The translations under genes were made by a program, and so were the position numbers. Source: Candidatus Azambacteria bacterium (GTDB taxonomy: Bacteria > Patescibacteriota > Minisyncoccia > GWC2-36-17 > WO2-46-25). From it: 62,901 nucleotides of DNA. Shown one piece after another: positions 52,283 to 59,765 of the stretch. The first letter of the stretch is position 1. Each line of letters begins with the position of its first letter. The stretch spans positions 1 to 62,901 of the forward strand of contig JACRAK010000005.1 of NCBI GenBank assembly GCA_016234725.1. The letters are read 5' to 3'. The notes below the pieces were generated by a model, which had not been told where the DNA came from, did not search any database, and saw nothing but the letters and a program-made list of their open reading frames with translations.

Positions 52283-52330
52283 CGCTTCCTCCTTTTTTTT
52301 ATGCCTATTATTAGGCGGTATTTTCAACAT

Positions 52331-52372
52331 CCCCTTCAAAATCCTGAAATCTCTTTCAGCGCTTTGAAGGGG
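52331..52372. repeat. ATCCCC...GGGGAT hairpin family, copy a
   Basis: catCCCCTTCAAA-N22-TTTGAAGGGGag. Followed by the locus-specific hairpin GAGTGATTTG..CAAATCACTC. Confidence 0.65.
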
Positions 52373-52457
52373 AGTGATTTGTTTTTTACAAATCACTCTG
52401 TTAAAAAACTTCACTTGCTGACACGAATTTAAAAAACAAATTCGTGTCAGCAATAAA

Positions 52458-52904
52458 TCAACTCGCGGTTGCTATTTCCACGACCGCAAATCGACTATTA
52501 GGCGCTATTTTAAATAGGCCTTTTGCAAACCGATCCGCCTCCTGAAAAGAGGCGAATGCCGGATTGCATTTGCGCTCAGAGCACCACGAGACATCGATCC
52601 TTAGTCTGTAGGGATAAAATTCCCCGGACCAAGTGATCTTCTCGGGATGGAACCCAAGCACGACATAAATCTTCTCCGGCGGATTTTCACCCGCTAACTT
52701 CACCCCGCAGAAGTAATCATCAAGACCGCCATTGCGCCAGCCTTGTTTCCATGCCTCATATGTCAGGAATGCTTTTTTGAGCAATCTGCCGTATGAAGCG
52801 ATCAAACTCTTTTCCCTATCCTCCGTCAAAGGCCATTGGCCCACTCTAGGAAAAGTCATCCCATCCCATGATGCGCTTCTACCTATATATAAATCGATTG
52901 CCAT
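52458..52904 (-). CDS. Hypothetical protein (148 aa)
   Basis: SD GGAGGA 4 nt upstream of the ATG. A 16 bp terminator-like hairpin follows the stop (52407-52451). Confidence 0.6.
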   Translation of the reverse strand: MAIDLYIGRSASWDGMTFPRVGQWPLTEDREKSLIASYGRLLKKAFLTYEAWKQGWRNGGLDDYFCGVKLAGENPPEKIYVVLGFHPEKITWSGEFYPYRLRIDVSWCSERKCNPAFASFQEADRFAKGLFKIAPNSRFAVVEIATAS

Positions 52905-52985
52905 ATGATCCTCCGCAAAACCTGCCTGTCCGCCGTGGCGGATTCAGGACTTATAGCTTTCAATATCCCCACTTTATTTTTATCC

Positions 52986-53024
52986 CCTTCACAATCCACC
53001 AGCATCGCTGATGCATTCTGAAGG
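52986..53024. repeat. ATCCCC...GGGGAT hairpin family, copy b (degenerate)
   Basis: tatccCCTTCACAAT-N19-ATTCTGAAGGag. Confidence 0.5.
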
Positions 53025-53120
53025 AGCAGCGATATGTTTATCGCTCCTTTTGATGAGGGGGCTCTGCTTCCCCGCGGCTCCCCATTTGATCTGGCTCAAA
53101 CGGGGACAAAAGCGAGACCC

Positions 53121-53438
53121 TTAGGAGGCCTTTAATGGCCTATCCCGGCCTTCGGGGGTGCGTGAAGCGCAAGTCGGCTTGTCCTTTCGGACGTTTGCTC
53201 GGGCAAATGCCGTGATGAACGGCTTGTATTTGCCCAGCGCCGCGTTGCGCTGCTCCGCCTCTTTCAGAGACGCTTCCAGCCCGTAAAACGGGATGAACTT
53301 CTTCTGGGAGCGCGCCTCTTTCGAGAGGTTATAGCGGCACGTGCCGCATACCGGCTTCACCGCCCATTTGCCGTTTTCCCGTTTCAAGGGAAGGGCAAAC
53401 TTTGGGCTGGTGCTGGGGCACAGTGTGCATGTATGCAT
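53121..53438 (-). CDS. Zinc-ribbon-like small protein (105 aa, CxxC...CxxC)
   Basis: MHTCTLCPST...KPVCGTCRYN. SD AGGAGG 6 nt upstream of the ATG. Confidence 0.6.
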   Translation of the reverse strand: MHTCTLCPSTSPKFALPLKRENGKWAVKPVCGTCRYNLSKEARSQKKFIPFYGLEASLKEAEQRNAALGKYKPFITAFARANVRKDKPTCASRTPEGRDRPLKAS

Positions 53439-53494
53439 GGGAAACCTCCTATGCTATATGGAGCCGTCATTGGCTCAATTCTTCTTTGATACAT

Positions 53495-53535
53495 CCCCTT
53501 CAGAAAACTCAATGCACTTGAATCCTCTGAAGGGG
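53495..53535. repeat. ATCCCC...GGGGAT hairpin family, copy c
   Basis: catCCCCTTCAGA-N21-TCTGAAGGGGag. Adjacent hairpin GGAGACAAC..GTTGTCTCC (53534-53559). Confidence 0.65.
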
Positions 53536-53558
53536 AGACAACGGTTATTTGTTGTCTC

Positions 53559-53789
53559 CTATATGAACCGCCCTGAATTTTTCGAGGGACGGATTAATCG
53601 CGAGAAGATGGTGTGGGCATCATGCATGAGCATGATGTTTCTTATCACCACACCGAATGACATGGAAAACGCTTTCCATGTCACCCATTTCAGACAGGAC
53701 TCGACTTGAGCTAAATTGCTCAAGTCGCATTTGTCTTTGAGATGTCTTTGGCATCCCATACCCTTCCTTGCCTTAGCCTTATGTGGCAA
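53559..53789 (-). CDS. Possible small ORF (66-76 aa) with weak start signals
   Basis: It occupies the slot between hairpins d and c. It has only a TTG start, or an internal ATG with marginal SD spacing. Confidence 0.25.
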   Translation of the reverse strand: MPHKAKARKGMGCQRHLKDKCDLSNLAQVESCLKWVTWKAFSMSFGVVIRNIMLMHDAHTIFSRLIRPSKNSGRFI

Positions 53790-53865
53790 GGATTTTTACC
53801 CCCAGCACATCGACTGGAGCGCGGGTCCGCGCTGTGCTGCACATAGGGTGTTGCGATTGGTGCAT

Positions 53866-53907
53866 CCCCTTCAGAACCCGCTTTATTTCAAGTGGATTCT
53901 GAAGGAG
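53866..53907. repeat. ATCCCC...GGGGAT hairpin family, copy d
   Basis: catCCCCTTCAGAA-N20-TTCTGAAGGaG. Confidence 0.65.
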
Positions 53908-54021
53908 ACGCATGAAGATAGATGCGTTGCGCATCTCCTCATACGCCTATGCTTTTACACGGAGGGTCTTCACCGAAACTTGGGTGCCTTGGCCCAAGAT
54001 TGACGCACCGCGGTTAGCGGC

Positions 54022-54087
54022 TTACCTGCAACAAGGGCAGGTGCCTGCATGTCCGCAGGCGGTGCAGCTGATGCCGCACTTAACCAT
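54022..54087 (-). CDS. 21 aa cysteine-rich peptide (6 Cys, 1 His), not in the supplied ORF track
   Basis: AAAGGAGG-tcact-ATG GTT AAG TGC GGC ATC AGC TGC ACC GCC TGC GGA CAT GCA GGC ACC TGC CCT TGT TGC AGG TAA, which translates to MVKCGISCTACGHAGTCPCCR. Confidence 0.45.
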   Translation of the reverse strand: MVKCGISCTACGHAGTCPCCR

Positions 54088-54116
54088 AGTGACCTCCTTT
54101 TTAGAATTTTATTTTT

Positions 54117-54170
54117 ATATCCCCTTTAATGCCCGCAAACCGCTTCGCTTACGATCATTAAAGGGGATAT
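54117..54170. repeat. ATCCCC...GGGGAT hairpin family, copy e
   Basis: ATATCCCCTTTAAT-N26-ATTAAAGGGGATAT (14 bp perfect). Confidence 0.65.
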
Positions 54171-54341
54171 GAAGTTGTCAAAGGTCAGGACTCGGATCTC
54201 GCCCTTCAGAGAGAGCGTGTGAGTGATTCTGCTGATTGCGGTTCGGCGTAAAGCCGTACAATATGTTGTTTATCCGCTCAGACAGATTATATGCTTCACA
54301 CACCCTCCCTTTCCGGCTTAAATCTTCATCGTGTAGCCGAC

Positions 54342-54370
54342 AGTATATCAAAATAAACAAAGCTTGTCAA
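54342..54370 (-). promoter_or_regulatory. Consensus-like sigma70 promoter with perfect palindromic operator, heading the small-ORF array
   Basis: Minus strand TTGACA-N17-TATACT. Plus strand 54365-54382 is TGTCAA-gaccta-TTGACA. Confidence 0.6.
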
Positions 54371-54523
54371 GACCTATTGACACATTTCTTCGTTGAAATG
54401 TCAAAAACGCAGTATTTAAGCCATTTTTTTGCCTGTTTTTATATTCCGATTTTGTTTATATTTGCTGGCAATATAAAAAACGCCGTTTCCACGGCGTTTT
54501 TTATATTATTACTTACGCAATCT

Positions 54524-56764
54524 TTATCTCATCTGAAACATACCGCGCAATCCGCCAAAAACACTCGCGGAAAGAACATCAAAGATGCCTCTGCTTTGTG
54601 GCGGTATTGTTGTCGGCTCGCTGGGAACGAGAGGAGGCACAGTTTCTTGAAGCTCCCTCATCTTTTCCATCGCCTCCGGCGTCAGTAATTTCGGATATGT
54701 TGCGGGATAATTCGGAAGATACGGTATCATCCGGCTTTCGGGGGTGATGGTTGTCGTCCCTGCCGGCCTCTCGAACTGCTTGACTCCACACGCGCCATCC
54801 TTTGCGATTACTGCGCCGTCCCGCTTCGCAAAACATGCGTTTGGATACGTGCGGTTATTCGCGCCGCACACCGGCTTGTACTCTTTCGTACACGCCTCGC
54901 CTGCTTCATTCGTTTCTCCTCCCGATGTTGATCCATCCTGTGTCCTGAATAAAGGTGTCGTGCGTGTAGGCGAAGCACCGAAGTCCTCACACTCAAAATC
55001 CCATCGTCCTTCTTTACAGATCGGTCCCTTGCACCCTGCGGGCGTTGGCATCGCGGGCCGAGGACCGCACTGGCGCATGTCTTCAAGCTTTCCTTCATAT
55101 CCCGCCGTAGTCCCGGGCTCCGTTTGCCGGAACAATTCTCCGGGTGGCACACCGCCAACGCTCGGATTGAATTGCGCGCACTCATCTCGGTGTTGTGGGT
55201 CAGAACAATACTTGATGCACGCTTCCGGTCCTTGGCATCCGCCGGGACCACTCGGAAATCCGTCTTGCATCATCATCTCCGGCTTGCGGAATTGCCCCTC
55301 AAGCTCTCTGAACTGCTCGAATTTTTCAAATCGCTTTTCTTCCATCTTCTTGAAATATTCGTCTCTCGGCATATCAGGCGCAAACCCCGCGGGCGGCATG
55401 CCGATCATCGGCCTGATCGCCTCGCCCGCACGGTGGATAAATTCGCGCAGTTTTTCTTCTGCATCGCCTTTTTGCATACCGCCCTGCTCTACCGCGAATG
55501 CAAGACATTCCTCCACGCGGGAAGGGTCACTGCAATATGTTTTACATTCTTTTTCCGATGTACATCCACCGGGACCGCCGACCTCCATTATTTTCTTGGT
55601 GAGCTCCCGTCCTTGTTCCATCATCTTTATCTCTCCTTCAGGAACGAGCTTGTTTTCTTTTGCGAACGCAATACATTCGCCCTGATGCTCTGGGTTTTCA
55701 CAGTATGTACGGCACGCTTCGCCTTTACACCCGCCGGGACCGCCGCGCTGTTCGATCGCTTTAAATTTCCTCACCCGCTCCACTTCTTCTTTCGGGATGA
55801 GATCGTTGTCCACGGCGAACTGAAAACACGCATCACGATTTTCCGGCTTCTCGCAAAAATCCTTGCACTCTCCGCCGCGGCATCCGCCTGGACCGGGCTT
55901 ATTTCCGAGCTTGCGCGCGCGCTCCGCTTCCTCCTTTGGCATCAAGCCATTTTGCGCTGCAAATGCGATGCACTCTTCAAAATTATCGGGATTGCCACAG
56001 TATGTTTTGCATTGTTCCCCTTTGCATCCGCCTGGGCCAATAGCCGGCATCTTTTTGATGCGCGCCGCTTCTTCCGGAGAAATAAGGTCATGTTCCTCGC
56101 CGAACTTCACGCACTCCACGGTGTTATCCGGGTTCTCGCAATATGCGCGGCACTCATTTTCCGTTGTGCATCCGCCGGGGCCGCCTTCTTCCATAACTTT
56201 TTTTGCGGCGCGTATCTTGTTTTTATCGATGAGATCATTTTTTTCCGCGAACGCGAGACATTCGCTTTGATGCGCAGGATTCTCGCAGTACGCGCGGCAT
56301 TCACCCGATGACTGGCATTGGCCGGGCCCGCCCTGTTCGCGGATAAGCCGCGCTCGTTCGCGCACTTCTTCCCCTTTCTTTACCTTGATGTCGTACTTAG
56401 TCGCAAAGCTCGCGCACTCTGTTTCATTCGCAAGATCGGCGCAGTACGCTTTGCATGCTTCTCCCGACGTACATCCGCCGGGACCTACCTTCGGAAGATC
56501 TTTCACGCGCTGTTCGTTCTCTTGCGACATCAACCCGTGTGCATGCGCAAATGCCACGCATACGTCTTTATTCGCGAGGTCGTCGCAATAGGTGCGACAC
56601 GCATCCTGATTTACGCAATTTCCGAGCTCCGCGATAGGAAAGGCAACGCCGATCACGTCATCCGTCGTGGTCGCCGTGGTATCTGGGGTTGCCGCCACCG
56701 CGACAAGCGACACGCTCAAGGCAAACATGCCACCCAGAGCAAACACAATGAATTTCCTTGGCAT
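54524..56764 (-). CDS. Secreted cysteine-rich repeat protein with C-terminal Kazal-like domain
   Basis: Signal peptide MPRKFIVFALGGMFALSVSLVAVA. About 10 repeats of GGPGGCxxxxxCxxYCxxPxxxxECxxFA. Near the C-terminus, CTKEYKPVCGANNRTYPNACFAKRDGAVIAKDGAC (Kazal pattern). Confidence 0.7.
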   Translation of the reverse strand: MPRKFIVFALGGMFALSVSLVAVAATPDTTATTTDDVIGVAFPIAELGNCVNQDACRTYCDDLANKDVCVAFAHAHGLMSQENEQRVKDLPKVGPGGCTSGEACKAYCADLANETECASFATKYDIKVKKGEEVRERARLIREQGGPGQCQSSGECRAYCENPAHQSECLAFAEKNDLIDKNKIRAAKKVMEEGGPGGCTTENECRAYCENPDNTVECVKFGEEHDLISPEEAARIKKMPAIGPGGCKGEQCKTYCGNPDNFEECIAFAAQNGLMPKEEAERARKLGNKPGPGGCRGGECKDFCEKPENRDACFQFAVDNDLIPKEEVERVRKFKAIEQRGGPGGCKGEACRTYCENPEHQGECIAFAKENKLVPEGEIKMMEQGRELTKKIMEVGGPGGCTSEKECKTYCSDPSRVEECLAFAVEQGGMQKGDAEEKLREFIHRAGEAIRPMIGMPPAGFAPDMPRDEYFKKMEEKRFEKFEQFRELEGQFRKPEMMMQDGFPSGPGGCQGPEACIKYCSDPQHRDECAQFNPSVGGVPPGELFRQTEPGTTAGYEGKLEDMRQCGPRPAMPTPAGCKGPICKEGRWDFECEDFGASPTRTTPLFRTQDGSTSGGETNEAGEACTKEYKPVCGANNRTYPNACFAKRDGAVIAKDGACGVKQFERPAGTTTITPESRMIPYLPNYPATYPKLLTPEAMEKMRELQETVPPLVPSEPTTIPPQSRGIFDVLSASVFGGLRGMFQMR

Positions 56765-56766
56765 GG

Positions 56767-57090
56767 TTATTGTGCGAATGGGTTAATCTTTACCGATTCA
56801 AACGGGTTCGCGGTTTCCGCAAATGGGTTTGTTCCGTCTATAAACGGATTCGCCGCCTTCGCCGCTTCCGCTTCAGCCGCCCTTATCGCCGCATCGGCCT
56901 CCGCTTGCACTCGCGCCTTCTCTTCCGCGACGCCAACGCTTCTTCCCTCCGCATATCCCGCCACTCTTCCCATATCCTCTCCTTGTATTTTCCCGTATGA
57001 AAACCCTATCGCTCCTCCCGCAACCGCCCCGACCGCTAAAAGGATGACCGCAAACACTGTTTTTGTCGTTGGCGCCATAAATAAATACAA
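56767..57090 (-). CDS. Membrane-anchored small protein with NPF repeats
   Basis: 107 aa. TM helix VFAVILLAVGAVAGGAIGF. C-terminal ANPFIDGTNPFAETANPFESVKINPF. Confidence 0.5.
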   Translation of the reverse strand: MYLFMAPTTKTVFAVILLAVGAVAGGAIGFSYGKIQGEDMGRVAGYAEGRSVGVAEEKARVQAEADAAIRAAEAEAAKAANPFIDGTNPFAETANPFESVKINPFAQ

Positions 57091-57282
57091 CGTTATTACT
57101 ATTTAATTAATTCTTCCCGTCTTCTTTATAATATATAATGGATGACAGGGCTCTCTGTAGTATAAAGCATTTTTTGGCGGAGCGATACACGCGCACTATC
57201 CACATGCGCGGGAGAATATACATGCTCTGGAATTTTATCCGCAAATCAGGTATAACATATGTGCATTGCAGTAAAAGTTTAG

Positions 57283-57356
57283 GCGAGTGTCGTATAGTGG
57301 CAATACCCCAGTTTTCCAAACTGGTGCCGGGAGTTCGATTCTCCCCACTCGCTCCA
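57283..57356 (+). tRNA. tRNA-Gly (anticodon TCC), CCA encoded
   Basis: Acceptor GCGAGTG/CACTCGC, anticodon loop TTTCCAA, T-arm GGGAGTTCGATTCTCCC, then T-CCA. Confidence 0.85.
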
Positions 57357-57400
57357 ATAAACACAAAGAGCCCTTCTGGGGTACTTTGTGTTTATACAGA

Positions 57401-57540
57401 GGGGAATCGAAGGGTATTCCAAAAATATGAACTGCTTCATATTTTTGGAAACCCGGACTCTGAAGGAGAAGCGACGCTTGTCATGAGCTTGTCGAAGGAC
57501 GCGGAGCTTCGGATGAAGAGGATTCTCCCCACTCGCTCCA
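57401..57540 (+). repeat. tRNA-linked structured element, copy 3 (cognate to tRNA-Gly)
   Basis: GGGGAATCGAAGGGTAT, where AATCGAA is the reverse complement of the T-loop TTCGATT. Perfect hairpin ttccaaaaatatgaa-CTGC-ttcatatttttggaa. 20 nt perfect direct repeat gattctccccactcgctcca at 57337-57356 and 57521-57540. Confidence 0.75.
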
Positions 57541-57551
57541 AGACCAAACCC

Positions 57552-57992
57552 ATGCCGCGACGTCTGAAAATCATAGCGATACTTTTTTGTATAGTGAGTT
57601 CGATCGGCTTGCTGGACGCGGCGTACCTCACTATCAAACATTACCGCGGAGGCGTGCCGCCGTGCACGATCCATGGGTGCGAGGTCGTGCTCACCAGCGC
57701 GCAAAGCGAGATTGCGGGTGTTCCTGTCGCACTGCTGGGCGCATTGTATTACGCGGCGATCTTTCTATTATCTCTTGCGTATGTGATCAGTAAAAAAGAA
57801 AAGGTTCTTCGGCATGCGGCATATATTACGCCTGCTGGATTCATCGCTTCCGCCTATTTCGTATATCTTCAGCTTTTTGTCATCAACGCGATATGCCTGT
57901 ACTGCATGGCCTCGGCAACCACGTCAACGATGCTATTTATGCTTGGCATGTATGTTATTATAAAAACACGGCGTACCTCGATAGTGCAGTAA
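57552..57992 (+). CDS. Vitamin K epoxide reductase (VKOR) family protein
   Basis: Four TM helices, loop cysteines PPCTIHGC, active-site CxxC (CLYC). Start trimmed to the ATG at 57552, downstream of the tRNA and its element. Confidence 0.75.
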   Translation: MPRRLKIIAILFCIVSSIGLLDAAYLTIKHYRGGVPPCTIHGCEVVLTSAQSEIAGVPVALLGALYYAAIFLLSLAYVISKKEKVLRHAAYITPAGFIASAYFVYLQLFVINAICLYCMASATTSTMLFMLGMYVIIKTRRTSIVQ

Positions 57993-58034
57993 GTTAGTTT
58001 CTTGAAGTCGCCAGCTGACTTGTTTACGTATCAA

Positions 58035-58078
58035 AAAATATGCGTTTTTCAAGCGATAACTTGAAAAACGCATATTTT
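58035..58078. terminator. Bidirectional terminator between convergent genes
   Basis: 19 bp stem AAAATATGCGTTTTTCAAG / CTTGAAAAACGCATATTTT. Confidence 0.7.
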
Positions 58079-58104
58079 ATAAACACGTCCGTCCGTTTTA
58101 CGCT

Positions 58105-59550
58105 TCAAGAAGAAAAAGTTGTTGTATTTTTCTCTCTCTCGCTCCGCTTCTGTTTGCGCATCCAAAGCATCGACACGACAAGCAACATGAGAATGTTGAG
58201 CGTTTTGAGCGGATGGCCGACAAGATACAGCGGGCCGATGCCGAACGGCAACCCCGCCCACGCGCCAAACCGCCCGATCGCATTGAAAAGCGGCGCCTGC
58301 GCGATGGTGACGGCAAGAAGAAATATAAAATTGGGCGCGCCCAGCGCGCCGAGCATTTCCTCGCCAAAAAGCAAAAGCGCGATGAGCCAAAAGAGCGCCA
58401 CATGCGCCCATGATGCGGGGCTTAAGTGAAAATTCTCGATGCCGCGGGGCGTTTTTGCGACCGGCGCGGTGCCCGGATAATTTTTCGGATCGGGATACGC
58501 GCCTACATGCAAGCCGCCTTCCGGCTGTTTGTAGGTGACCGTGACATCGGGGGTTCTATCATAGGTAAGCGCGAGATACGGACCCGCCATGGTAAAGATA
58601 AAAAGCGACGCCATGACAAACACGATGGCGCTACGGACAAAATTAAAACTTGCCCCCGTCGGAACAAGCCCGAACTTGCCCCGTGCCGCAAGCAAACCCA
58701 TGACAAGCACGCCAAATCCGTAATACGCCGCGGCAGGGATCGCCCACGCCGCACTTGATGCGCCAAAAAAGATGAATGCGATAAACCCCGCCACCGTAGC
58801 GCCAAGCGAGAAAAGCCCGAACTTTTCGAGAAACGAAGTAATTTCTTCTTTCGCGCCCACCGCACGCATAAGAAGCATGACCATGAAATAACTGATCGCG
58901 AAGATCCCGATGTGGGTATGGAACTGGACCAGTGCCGCGGGGGAGACCGCTTTATTTTGAATCGTGAACAAGCCGAGTATAGCGATGCCAGCCGTAATGG
59001 CGACGGCAAGGAACGACAGATACCCCAAAACGACCCGCCGCGAAAGAACGATGTTTGACGTCAATTCATACCGCAGCGGAGCTGGCTCTGTGGCAGTAAT
59101 GAACGGGATGCGAATGCCGACCGAACCAAGGCCCACGGCAAACATCGATGCGAAAAACAATATCTCCACGACAAAACCGCCAAATCCGTAGGACGTAAGA
59201 AAAAATGCGCCGAGACCGCCGATGTTCTGCGGCGCCGGCCCTACCGCGACATGATGCATCGTCAAAAAGAACACATACGCGGGCATCGCGGCAAAAGAAA
59301 AGATGATAAGCGCCCGCTTGAACCATCGCTTAAAAGGGATCAAGGGAAGCAGGAATGCGGCAACCAATATCACGACCGACCACCACGACACATGCGCGTG
59401 CATTACTTTCAAAAATTGCGGAACCGCTGTTTTTTGCACGATGAATCCCCACACGCCGATAAGCCCGAGCACCGGCGCGCCCAAAAAAAGCGTGGCGAGC
59501 GAAGCGCAAAAAAGCGGCATGTTCAGCCCAATGGATGCGTCTTTACGCAT
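58105..59550 (-). CDS. Polytopic membrane protein (about 12 TM) with intramembrane His pairs, unknown function
   Basis: 481 aa. KVMHAHVSWW, TMHHVAVG, QFHTHIGIF, SWAHVALFW. No family could be assigned by eye. Confidence 0.5.
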   Translation of the reverse strand: MRKDASIGLNMPLFCASLATLFLGAPVLGLIGVWGFIVQKTAVPQFLKVMHAHVSWWSVVILVAAFLLPLIPFKRWFKRALIIFSFAAMPAYVFFLTMHHVAVGPAPQNIGGLGAFFLTSYGFGGFVVEILFFASMFAVGLGSVGIRIPFITATEPAPLRYELTSNIVLSRRVVLGYLSFLAVAITAGIAILGLFTIQNKAVSPAALVQFHTHIGIFAISYFMVMLLMRAVGAKEEITSFLEKFGLFSLGATVAGFIAFIFFGASSAAWAIPAAAYYGFGVLVMGLLAARGKFGLVPTGASFNFVRSAIVFVMASLFIFTMAGPYLALTYDRTPDVTVTYKQPEGGLHVGAYPDPKNYPGTAPVAKTPRGIENFHLSPASWAHVALFWLIALLLFGEEMLGALGAPNFIFLLAVTIAQAPLFNAIGRFGAWAGLPFGIGPLYLVGHPLKTLNILMLLVVSMLWMRKQKRSEREKNTTTFSS

Positions 59551-59717
59551 AATTATATTTTGTTACCAACGTATTTTACCATATACAAATAACAAGCGCA
59601 TCTTTGAGAAATGCGCACATTTTCGCTAAGGGCGAAAGGCGTGCGCCGCGAGAGGCGGCTTGCAAGAAATTTCTGTCAGGAAATTTACTTGTAGGCAATT
59701 CTCCTTACCCGCTCAAG

Positions 59718-59754
59718 AAAACACACAACGCCCTTTACGGGTGCTGTGTGTTTT
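59718..59754 (-). terminator. Rho-independent terminator
   Basis: AAAACACACAACGCCC-tttac-GGGTGCTGTGTGTTTT. Confidence 0.6.
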
Positions 59755-59765
59755 ATATCGCTTGA

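Noticed and set aside
51774-54170. Canonical integron with attC sites.
   Set aside because: No intI integrase or attI is visible, and the hairpins lack the RYYYAAC / GTTRRRY core sites. It is retained only as an analogy in the findings.
54178-54360. 60 aa ORF (minus strand) in the supplied track.
   Set aside because: Its start is a TTG inside the promoter spacer (54358-54360), upstream of the predicted transcription start. It has no SD and no internal Met, so the region is better explained as a 5' leader containing hairpin e.
57138-57551. N-terminal 138 aa extension of the VKOR ORF.
   Set aside because: The extension reads through tRNA-Gly and the tRNA-linked element. The VKOR domain begins after the ATG at 57552 (MPRRLKIIAILF...).
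59590-59717. Possible small RNA in the 5' region of the 481 aa membrane protein gene. Hairpins GCGCAT..ATGCGC and AAGAAATTTC..GAAATTTACTT.
   Set aside because: Only short unremarkable hairpins are present. There is no conserved motif, promoter or terminator pair that I can support from the sequence alone.
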